A stretch of DNA of 64,000 nucleotides. Source: Eledone cirrhosa. Taxonomy: Eukaryota. The notes below the pieces were generated by a model that made no database searches, was not told the DNA's origin, and worked only from the letters and a program-made list of their open reading frames with translations. The translations under genes were made by a program, and so were the position numbers. Numbering within the stretch: position 1 is the stretch's first letter; every line of letters starts with the position of its first letter. The DNA lies in the NCBI GenBank assembly GCA_964016885.1, contig OZ024744.1, positions 128,464,001-128,528,000 of the forward strand. Direction: 5' to 3'. Of this stretch, positions 51,101 to 61,845 are shown one piece after another.

Positions 51101-51240
51101 AGTTAAGTTGGGGTTAAGATAAGTTGGGGTTAAGTTAAGTTGGGGTTGAGTTAAGTTCGGGTTGAGTTAATTTGGGGTTAACTTAAGTTGGGGTTAACTT
51201 AAGTTGGGGTTAAGTTAAGTTGGGTTTATGTTAAGTTGGG
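45131..51240 (+). repeat. HOR copy of the right-end lineage, tail truncated
   Basis: GTAGAG 45183, GGTTGTGGG 46914, GTGAGGG 49732, ATTATT marker 50979, then a jump to the GGAGTTAAGCT marker at about 51270. Confidence 0.87.
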
Positions 51241-54200
51241 GTTAATTTAAGTTGGGGTTAAATTAAGTTGGAGTTAAGCTAAGTTGGGGTTTATTTAAAT
51301 TGAGGTTAAGTTAACTTGGGTTTGAGTTAAGTTGGGGTTAAGTTAAGTTGGGGTTAAGTTAACTTGGGTTTGAGTTAAGTTGGGGTTAAGTTAAGTTGGG
51401 GTTAAGTTAAGTTGGGGTTAATTTAAGTTGGGGTTAAATTAAGTTGGGGTTAAGTTAAGTTGGGGTTAAGTTAAGTTGAGGTTGAGTTAAGTTGGGGTTG
51501 AATTAAGTTGGGGTTAAGTTAAGTTGGGGTTAAGTTAAGATGGGGTTAAGCTAAGTTGGGGTTAAGTTAAATTGAGGTTAAGTTAACTTGGGTTTGAGTT
51601 AAGTTGGGGTTAAGTTAAGTTGGGGTTAAGTTAAGTTGGGGTTAATTTAAGTTGGGGTTAAATTAAGTTGGGGTTAAGTTAAGTTGGGGTTAAGTTAAGT
51701 TGGAGTTAAGTTAAGTTGGGGTTAAGTTAAGTTGAGGTTGAGTTAATTTGGGGTTAAGTTAAGTTGGGGTTAACTTAAGTTGGGGTTAATTTAAGTTGGG
51801 GTTAAGTTAAGTTGGGGGTAAGTTAAGTTGGGGGCAAGTTGAGTTGGGGTTAAGTTAAGTTGGGTTTAAGTTAAGTTGGGGCTAAGTTAAGTTGGGGCTA
51901 AGTTAAGTTGGGGCTGAGTTAAGTTGGGGTTAAGTTAAGTTGGGGTTGAGTTAAGTTGGGGTTAACTTAAGTTGGGGTTAAGTTGGGGTTAAGTTAAGTT
52001 GGGGTTAAATTAAGTTGGGGGTTAGTTAAGTTGGGGCAAGTTAAGTTGGGGTTAATTTAAGTTGGGGTTAATTTAAGTTGGGGTTATGTTAAGTTGGGGT
52101 TAAGTTAAGTTGGGGTTAAGTTAAGTTGGGGGTAAGTTAAGTTGGGGTTAAGTTAAGTTGGGGGTAAGTTAAGTTGAGGGTAAGTCAAGTTGGGGTTAAG
52201 TCAAGTTGGGGTTAAGTTAAGTTGGGGTTAAGTTAAGTTGGGGTTGAGTTAAGTTGGGGTTGAGTTAAGTTGGGGTTAAGTTAAGTTGGGTGTAAGTTAA
52301 GTTGGGGTTAAGTTAAGTTGGGGTTAAGTTAAGTTGGGGTTAAGTTAATTTGGGGGTAAGTTAAGTTGGGGGCAAGTTAAGTTGGGGTTAAGTTAAGTTG
52401 GGGTTAAGTTAAGTTGGGGTTAAGTTAAGTTGGGGTTAAGTTAAGTTGGGGTTAAGTTAAGTTGGGGGTAAGTTAAGTTGGGGTTAAGTTAAGTTGGGGT
52501 TAAATTAAGTTGAGGTTAAGTTAATTTGGGGTTAAGTTAAGTTGGGGTTAAATTAAGTTGGGGGTAAGATAAGTTGGGGCTAAGTTAAGTTGGGGCTAAG
52601 TCAAGTTGGGGTTAAGTCAAGTTGAGGTTAACTTAAGTTGGGGTTAAGTTAAGTTGGGGTTAAGTTAAGTTGGGGTTAAGGTAAGGTGGGGTTAAGTTAA
52701 GTTGGGGTTAAGTTAAGTTGGGGTTAAGTTAAGTTGGGGTTAAGTTAAGTTAGGGTTAATTTCAGTTGGGGTTATGTTAAGTTGGGGTTAAGTTAAGTTG
52801 GGGTTAAGTTAAGTTGAGGTTAAGTTAAGTTGGAGTTAAGTTAAGTTGGGGTTAAGCTAAGTTGGGGTTAAGTTAATTTGCGGTTAAGTTAGGTTGTGGG
52901 TTAAGTTAAGTTGGGGTTAAGCTAAGCTGGGGTTAAGTTAGGGTAAGTTAAGTTGGGGTTAAGTTAAGTTGGGGTTAAGTTAGGTTGGGGTTAAGTTAAG
53001 TTGGGGTTAAGTTAAGTTGGGGTTGAGTTAAGTTGGGGTTGAGTTAAGTTGGGGTTAAGTTAAGTTGGGGTTAAGTTAAGTTGGGGTTAAGTTAAGTTGG
53101 GGTTAAGTTAAGTTGGGGTTAAGTTAAGTTGGGGGCAAGTTAAGTTGGGGTTAATTTAAGTTGAGGTTAAGTTAAGTTGGTGTTAAGTTAAGTTGGGGCT
53201 AAGTTAAGTTGGGGCTGAGTTAAGTTGGGGCTGAGTTAAGTTGCAGTTAAGTTAAGTTGGGGTTGAGTTAAGTTGCGGTTAAGTTAAGTTGGGGTTAAGT
53301 TAAGTTGGGGTTAAGTTAAGTTGGGGTTTATTTAAGTTGGGGTTCAGTTAATTTGGGGTTAAGTTAAGTTTGGGTTAAGTTGGGGTTAAATTAAGTTGGG
53401 GTTAAGCTAATTTGGGGTTAAGTTAAGTTGGGGTTAATTTAAGTTGGGGTTAAGTTAAGTTGCGGGTAATTTAAGTCGGGGTTAAGTTAAGTTGGGGTTA
53501 AGTTAAGTTGGGGTTAAGTTAAGGTGGGGTTTAGTTAAGTTGGGGTTAAGTTAAGTTGGGGGTAAGTTAAGTTGGGGGTAAGTTAAGTTGGGGGTAAGTT
53601 AAGTTGGGGTTAAGTTAAGTCGGGGTTAAGTTAAGTTGGGTTTAAGTTAAGTTGGGGTTAATTTAAGTTGGGGTTAAGTTAAGTTGGGGGTAAGTTAAGT
53701 TGGGGGTAAGTTAAGTTAGGGTTAAGTTAAGTTGGGGTTGAGTTAAGTTGGGGTTAAGTTAAGTTGGGGTTATGTTAAGTTGGGGTTAAGTTAAGTTGGG
53801 GTTAAGTTAAGTTGGGGTTAAGTTAAGTTGCGGTTAAGTTAAGTTGGGGTTAAATTAAGTTGGGGTTAAGTTAAGTTGGGATTAAGTTAAGTTGGGGTTA
53901 AGTTAAGTTGGGGTTAAGTTAAGTTGGGGTTAAGTTAGATTGTTGTTAAGTTAAGTTGGGGTTAAGTTAAGTTGGGGTTAAGTTAAGTTGGGGTTAATTT
54001 AAGTTGGGGTTAAGTTATGTCGGGGTTAAGTTGAGTTGGGGTTAAGTTAAGTTGGGGTTAAGTTAAGTTGGGGTTAAGTTAAGTTGGGGTTAAGATAAGT
54101 TGGGGTTAAGTTAAGTTGGGGTTAAATTAAGTTCGGGTTAAGTTAATTTGGGGTTGACTTAAGTTGGGGTTAACTTAAGTTGGGATTAAGTTAAGTTGGG

Positions 54201-57120
54201 GTTAAGTTAAGTTGGGGTTAAATTAAGTTCGGGTTAAGTTAAGTTGGGGTTAAGTTAAGTTGGGGTTAAGTTAAGTTGGGGTTAAGTTAGGTTGGGGTTA
54301 AGTTAAGTTGGGGGTAAGTTAAGTTGGGGTTAAGTTAAGTTGGGGTTAAGTTAAGTTGGGGGTAAGTTAAGTTGGGGGTAAGTTAAGTTGGGGTTAATTT
54401 AAGTTGGGTCGAATTAAGTTGGTGTTAAGTTAAGTTGGGGTTAAGTTAAGTTGGGGTTAAGTTAAGTTGGGGTTAAGTTAAGATGGGGTTTAGTTAAGTT
54501 GGGGTTAAGTTAAGTTGGGGTTACGTTAAGTTGGGGGTAAGTTAAGTTGGTGGTAAGTTAAGTTGGGGGTAAGTTAAGATGGGGTTAAATTAAGTTGGGG
54601 TTAAGTTAATTTGGGGTTGACTTAATTTGGGGTTGACTTAAGTTGGGGTTAACTTAAGTTGGGGTTAAGTTAAGATGGGGTTTCGTTAAGTTGGGGTTAA
54701 GTTAAGTTGGGGTTTAGTTAAGTTGGGGTTAAGTTAAGTTGGGGTTAAGTTAAGTTGGGGGTAAGTTAAGTTGGGGGTAAGTTAAGTTGGGGTTAATTTA
54801 AGTTGGGTCGAATTAAGTTGGTGTTAAGTTAAGTTGGGGTTAAGTTAAGTTGGGGTTAAGTTAAGTTGGGGTTAAGTTAAGTTGGGGGTAAGTTAAGTTG
54901 GGGGTAAGTTAAGTTGGGGTTAATTTAAGTTGGGTCGAATTAAGTTGGTGTTAAGTTAAGTTGGGGTTAAGTTAAGTTGGGGTTAAGTTAAGTTGGGGTT
55001 CAATTAAGTTGCGGTTAATTTAAGTTGGGGTTAAGTTAAGTTGGGGTTAAGTTAAGTTGGGGTTAAGTTAAGTTGGGGTTAAATTAAGTTGGGGTTAAAT
55101 TAAGTTGGGGTTAAGTTAAGTTGGGGTTATGTTAAGTTGGTGTTAAGTTAAGTTGGGGTTAAGTTAAGTTGGGGTTAAGTTAAGTTGGGGTTAAGTTAGG
55201 TTGGTGTTAAGTTAAGTTGGGGGTAAGTTAAGTTGGGGGTAAGTTAAGTTGGTGTTAAGTTAAGTTGGGGTTAAGTTAAGTTGGGGTTAAGTTAAGTTGG
55301 GTTTAAGTTAAGTTGGGGTTAAGTAAAGTTAGGGCTAAGTTAAGTTGGGTTAAGTTAAGTTGGGGTTAATTTAACTTGGGGTTACATTAAGTTGAGGTTA
55401 AGTTAAGTTGGTGTTAAGTTAAGTTGGGGTTAATTTAAGTTGGGGTTAATTAAGTTGGGGTTAATTTAAGTTGGGGTTAAGTTAAGTTGGGGTTAATTTC
55501 AGTTGGGGTTGAGTTAAGTTGGGGTTAAGTTTAGTTGGGGTTAATTTAAGTTGGGGTTGAGTTAAGTTGGGGTTAAGTTAAGTTGGGGTTAAGTTATGTT
55601 CGGGTTAAGTTAAGTTGGTGTTAAGTTAAGTTAGGGTTAAGTTAAGTTGCGGCTAAGTTAAGTTGGGTCTAAGTTAAGTTGGGGTTAAGTTAAGTTGGGG
55701 TTAAGTTAAGTGAGGGTTAATTTAAGTTGGGGTTATTTTAAGTTGGGGTTAAGTTAAGTTGGGGTTAAGTTAGGTTGGTGTTAAGTTAAGTTGGGGGTAA
55801 GTTAAGTTGGGGCTAAGTTAAGTTAGGGCTAAGTTAAGTTGGGGCTAAGTTAAGTTGGGGTTTAGTTAAGTTGGGGTTAAGTTAAGGTGGGGTTAAGTTA
55901 AGTTGGGGTCAACTAAAGTTGGGGTTAAGTTAAGTTGGGGTTAACTTAAGTTGGGGTTAAATTAAGTTGGGGTTAAGTTAAGTTGGGGTTAAGTTAAGTT
56001 GGGGTTAAGTTAAGTTGCGGGTAATTTAAGTTGGGGTTAAGTTAAGTTGGGGTTAAGTTAAGTTGGGGGTAAGTTAAGTTGGGGGTAAGTTAAGTTGGGG
56101 TTAAGTTAAGTTAGGGTTAAGTTAAGTTGGGGTTGAGTTAAGTTGGGGTTAAGTTAAGTTGGGGTTATGTTAAGTTGGGGTTAAGTTAAGTTGGGGTTAA
56201 TTTAAGTTGGGGTTAAGTTAAGTTGCGGTTAAGTTAAGTTGGGGTTAAATTAAGTTGGGGTTAAGTTAAGTTGGGATTAAGTTAAGTTGGGGTTAAGTTA
56301 AGTTGGGGTTAAGTTAGATTGTTGTTAAGTTAAGTTGGGGTTAAGTTAAGTTGGGGTTAATTTAAGTTGGGGTTAATTTAAGTTGGGTCTAATTAAGTTG
56401 GGGTTAAGTTAAGTTGGGGTTAAGTTAAGTTGGGGTTAAGTTAAGTTGGGGTTAAGTTAAGTTGCGTTTACGTTAAGTTGGGGGTAAGTTAAGTTGGTGG
56501 TAAGTTAAGTTGGGGGTAAGTTAAGATGGGGTTAAGTTAAGTTGGGGTTAATTTAATTTGGGGTTAAGTTAAGTTAGGGTTAAGTTAAGTTGGGGTTGAG
56601 TTAAGTCGGGGTTCAGTTAAGTTGGGGTTATGTTAAGTTGGGGTTAAGTTAAGTTGGGGTTAAGTTAAGTTGGGGTTCAATTAAGTTGCGGGTAATTTAA
56701 GTTGGGGTTAAGTTAAGTTGGGGGTACGTTAAGTTGGGGGTAAGTTAAGTTGGGGTTAAGTTAAGTTGGGGTTAAGTTAAGTCGGGGTTAATTTAAGTTG
56801 CGGTTAAGTTAAGTTGGGGTTAAGTTAAGTTGGGGTTAAGTTAAGTTGGGATTAAGTTAAGTTGGGGTTAAGTTAAGTTGGGGTTGAGTTAAGTTGGGGT
56901 TAAGTTAGATTATTGTTAATTTATTTTGGGGTTAAGTTAAGTTGGGGTTAAGTTAAGTTGGGGTTAATTTAAGTTGGGGTTAAGTTAAGTGGGGGTTAAG
57001 TTGAGTTGGGGTTAAGTTAAGTTGGGGTTAAGTTAAGTTGGGGTTAAGATAAGTTGGGGTTAAGTTAAGTTGGGGTTGAGTTAAGTTCGGGTTGAGTTAA
57101 TTTGGGGTTAACTTAAGTTG
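51241..57120 (+). repeat. Shortened HOR copy, about 5.9 kb
   Basis: GGTTGTGGG 52892 and GTGAGGG 55710 are both 5978 after the previous copy; ATTATT marker 56909. Confidence 0.87.
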
Positions 57121-60100
57121 GGGTTAATTTAAGTTGGGGTTAAGTTAAGTTGGGGGTAAGTTAAGTTGGGGGCAAGTTGAGTTGGGGTTAAGTTAAGTTG
57201 GGTTTAAGTTAAGTTGGGGCTAAGTTAAGTTGGGGCTAAGTTAAGTTGGGGCTGAGTTAAGTTGGGGTTAAGTTAAGTTGGGGTTGAGTTAAGTTGGGGT
57301 TAACTTAAGTTGGGGTTAAGTTGGGGTTAAGTTAAGTTGGGGTTAAATTAAGTTGGGGGTTAGTTAAGTTGGGGCAAGTTAAGTTGGGGTTAATTTAAGT
57401 TGGGGTTAATTTAAGTTGGGGTTATGTTAAGTTGGGGTTAAGTTAAGTTGGGGTTAAGTTAAGTTGGGGGTAAGTTAAGTTGGGGTTAAGTTAAGTTGGG
57501 GGTAAGTTAAGTTGAGGGTAAGTCAAGTTGGGGTTAAGTCAAGTTGGGGTTAAGTTAAGTTGGGGTTAAGTTAAGTTGGGGTTGAGTTAAGTTGGGGTTG
57601 AGTTAAGTTGGGGTTAAGTTAAGTTGGGTGTAAGTTAAGTTGGGGTTAAGTTAAGTTGGGGTTAAGTTAAGTTGGGGTTAAGTTAATTTGGGGGTAAGTT
57701 AAGTTGGGGGCAAGTTAAGTTGGGGTTAAGTTAAGTTGGGGTTAAGTTAAGTTGGGGTTAAGTTAAGTTGGGGTTAAGTTAAGTTGGGGTTAAGTTAAGT
57801 TGGGGGTAAGTTAAGTTGGGGTTAAGTTAAGTTGGGGTTAAATTAAGTTGAGGTTAAGTTAATTTGGGGTTAAGTTAAGTTGGGGTTAAATTAAGTTGGG
57901 GGTAAGATAAGTTGGGGCTAAGTTAAGTTGGGGCTAAGTCAAGTTGGGGTTAAGTCAAGTTGAGGTTAACTTAAGTTGGGGTTAAGTTAAGTTGGGGTTA
58001 AGTTAAGTTGGGGTTAAGGTAAGGTGGGGTTAAGTTAAGTTGGGGTTAAGTTAAGTTGGGGTTAAGTTAAGTTGGGGTTAAGTTAAGTTAGGGTTAATTT
58101 CAGTTGGGGTTATGTTAAGTTGGGGTTAAGTTAAGTTGGGGTTAAGTTAAGTTGAGGTTAAGTTAAGTTGGAGTTAAGTTAAGTTGGGGTTAAGCTAAGT
58201 TGGGGTTAAGTTAATTTGCGGTTAAGTTAGGTTGTGGGTTAAGTTAAGTTGGGGTTAAGCTAAGCTGGGGTTAAGTTAGGGTAAGTTAAGTTGGGGTTAA
58301 GTTAAGTTGGGGTTAAGTTAGGTTGGGGTTAAGTTAAGTTGGGGTTAAGTTAAGTTGGGGTTGAGTTAAGTTGGGGTTGAGTTAAGTTGGGGTTAAGTTA
58401 AGTTGGGGTTAAGTTAAGTTGGGGTTAAGTTAAGTTGGGGTTAAGTTAAGTTGGGGTTAAGTTAAGTTGGGGGCAAGTTAAGTTGGGGTTAATTTAAGTT
58501 GAGGTTAAGTTAAGTTGGTGTTAAGTTAAGTTGGGGCTAAGTTAAGTTGGGGCTGAGTTAAGTTGGGGCTGAGTTAAGTTGCAGTTAAGTTAAGTTGGGG
58601 TTGAGTTAAGTTGCGGTTAAGTTAAGTTGGGGTTAAGTTAAGTTGGGGTTAAGTTAAGTTGGGGTTTATTTAAGTTGGGGTTCAGTTAATTTGGGGTTAA
58701 GTTAAGTTTGGGTTAAGTTGGGGTTAAATTAAGTTGGGGTTAAGCTAATTTGGGGTTAAGTTAAGTTGGGGTTAATTTAAGTTGGGGTTAAGTTAAGTTG
58801 CGGGTAATTTAAGTCGGGGTTAAGTTAAGTTGGGGTTAAGTTAAGTTGGGGTTAAGTTAAGGTGGGGTTTAGTTAAGTTGGGGTTAAGTTAAGTTGGGGG
58901 TAAGTTAAGTTGGGGGTAAGTTAAGTTGGGGGTAAGTTAAGTTGGGGTTAAGTTAAGTCGGGGTTAAGTTAAGTTGGGTTTAAGTTAAGTTGGGGTTAAT
59001 TTAAGTTGGGGTTAAGTTAAGTTGGGGGTAAGTTAAGTTGGGGGTAAGTTAAGTTAGGGTTAAGTTAAGTTGGGGTTGAGTTAAGTTGGGGTTAAGTTAA
59101 GTTGGGGTTATGTTAAGTTGGGGTTAAGTTAAGTTGGGGTTAAGTTAAGTTGGGGTTAAGTTAAGTTGCGGTTAAGTTAAGTTGGGGTTAAATTAAGTTG
59201 GGGTTAAGTTAAGTTGGGATTAAGTTAAGTTGGGGTTAAGTTAAGTTGGGGTTAAGTTAAGTTGGGGTTAAGTTAGATTGTTGTTAAGTTAAGTTGGGGT
59301 TAAGTTAAGTTGGGGTTAAGTTAAGTTGGGGTTAATTTAAGTTGGGGTTAAGTTATGTCGGGGTTAAGTTGAGTTGGGGTTAAGTTAAGTTGGGGTTAAG
59401 TTAAGTTGGGGTTAAGTTAAGTTGGGGTTAAGATAAGTTGGGGTTAAGTTAAGTTGGGGTTAAATTAAGTTCGGGTTAAGTTAATTTGGGGTTGACTTAA
59501 GTTGGGGTTAACTTAAGTTGGGATTAAGTTAAGTTGGGGTTAAGTTAAGTTGGGGTTAAATTAAGTTCGGGTTAAGTTAAGTTGGGGTTAAGTTAAGTTG
59601 GGGTTAAGTTAAGTTGGGGTTAAGTTAGGTTGGGGTTAAGTTAAGTTGGGGGTAAGTTAAGTTGGGGTTAAGTTAAGTTGGGGTTAAGTTAAGTTGGGGG
59701 TAAGTTAAGTTGGGGGTAAGTTAAGTTGGGGTTAATTTAAGTTGGGTCGAATTAAGTTGGTGTTAAGTTAAGTTGGGGTTAAGTTAAGTTGGGGTTAAGT
59801 TAAGTTGGGGTTAAGTTAAGATGGGGTTTAGTTAAGTTGGGGTTAAGTTAAGTTGGGGTTACGTTAAGTTGGGGGTAAGTTAAGTTGGTGGTAAGTTAAG
59901 TTGGGGGTAAGTTAAGATGGGGTTAAATTAAGTTGGGGTTAAGTTAATTTGGGGTTGACTTAATTTGGGGTTGACTTAAGTTGGGGTTAACTTAAGTTGG
60001 GGTTAAGTTAAGATGGGGTTTCGTTAAGTTGGGGTTAAGTTAAGTTGGGGTTTAGTTAAGTTGGGGTTAAGTTAAGTTGGGGTTAAGTTAAGTTGGGGGT

Positions 60101-61845
60101 AAGTTAAGTTGGGGGTAAGTTAAGTTGGGGTTAATTTAAGTTGGGTCGAATTAAGTTGGTGTTAAGTTAAGTTGGGGTTAAGTTAAGTTGGGGTTAAGTT
60201 AAGTTGGGGTTAAGTTAAGTTGGGGGTAAGTTAAGTTGGGGGTAAGTTAAGTTGGGGTTAATTTAAGTTGGGTCGAATTAAGTTGGTGTTAAGTTAAGTT
60301 GGGGTTAAGTTAAGTTGGGGTTAAGTTAAGTTGGGGTTCAATTAAGTTGCGGTTAATTTAAGTTGGGGTTAAGTTAAGTTGGGGTTAAGTTAAGTTGGGG
60401 TTAAGTTAAGTTGGGGTTAAATTAAGTTGGGGTTAAATTAAGTTGGGGTTAAGTTAAGTTGGGGTTATGTTAAGTTGGTGTTAAGTTAAGTTGGGGTTAA
60501 GTTAAGTTGGGGTTAAGTTAAGTTGGGGTTAAGTTAGGTTGGTGTTAAGTTAAGTTGGGGGTAAGTTAAGTTGGGGGTAAGTTAAGTTGGTGTTAAGTTA
60601 AGTTGGGGTTAAGTTAAGTTGGGGTTAAGTTAAGTTGGGTTTAAGTTAAGTTGGGGTTAAGTAAAGTTAGGGCTAAGTTAAGTTGGGTTAAGTTAAGTTG
60701 GGGTTAATTTAACTTGGGGTTACATTAAGTTGAGGTTAAGTTAAGTTGGTGTTAAGTTAAGTTGGGGTTAATTTAAGTTGGGGTTAATTAAGTTGGGGTT
60801 AATTTAAGTTGGGGTTAAGTTAAGTTGGGGTTAATTTCAGTTGGGGTTGAGTTAAGTTGGGGTTAAGTTTAGTTGGGGTTAATTTAAGTTGGGGTTGAGT
60901 TAAGTTGGGGTTAAGTTAAGTTGGGGTTAAGTTATGTTCGGGTTAAGTTAAGTTGGTGTTAAGTTAAGTTAGGGTTAAGTTAAGTTGCGGCTAAGTTAAG
61001 TTGGGTCTAAGTTAAGTTGGGGTTAAGTTAAGTTGGGGTTAAGTTAAGTGAGGGTTAATTTAAGTTGGGGTTATTTTAAGTTGGGGTTAAGTTAAGTTGG
61101 GGTTAAGTTAGGTTGGTGTTAAGTTAAGTTGGGGGTAAGTTAAGTTGGGGCTAAGTTAAGTTAGGGCTAAGTTAAGTTGGGGCTGAGTTAAGTTGGGGTT
61201 AAGTTAAGTTGGGGTTGAGTTAAGTTGGGGCTAAGTTAAGTTGGGGTTTAGTTAAGTTGGGGTTAAGTTAAGGTGGGGTTAAGTTAAGTTGGGGTCAACT
61301 AAAGTTGGGGTTAAGTTAAGTTGGGGTTAACTTAAGTTGGGGTTAAATTAAGTTGGGGTTAAGTTAAGTTGGGGTTAAGTTAAGTTGGGGTTAAGTTAAG
61401 TTGCGGGTAATTTAAGTTGGGGTTAAGTTAAGTTGGGGTTAAGTTAAGTTGGGGGTAAGTTAAGTTGGGGGTAAGTTAAGTTGGGGTTAAGTTAAGTTAG
61501 GGTTAAGTTAAGTTGGGGTTGAGTTAAGTTGGGGTTAAGTTAAGTTGGGGTTATGTTAAGTTGGGGTTAAGTTAAGTTGGGGTTAATTTAAGTTGGGGTT
61601 AAGTTAAGTTGCGGTTAAGTTAAGTTGGGGTTAAATTAAGTTGGGGTTAAGTTAAGTTGGGATTAAGTTAAGTTGGGGTTAAGTTAAGTTGGGGTTAAGT
61701 TAGATTGTTGTTAAGTTAAGTTGGGGTTAAGTTAAGTTGGGGTTAATTTAAGTTGGGGTTAATTTAAGTTGGGTCTAATTAAGTTGGGGTTAAGTTAAGT
61801 TGGGGTTAAGTTAAGTTGGGGTTAAGTTAAGTTGGGGTTAAGTTA
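57121..61845 (+). repeat. Further shortened HOR copy, about 4.7 kb
   Basis: GGTTGTGGG 58230 and GTGAGGG 61048 are both 5338 after the previous copy. It ends shortly after GGGTCTAATT at about 61771. Confidence 0.86.
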
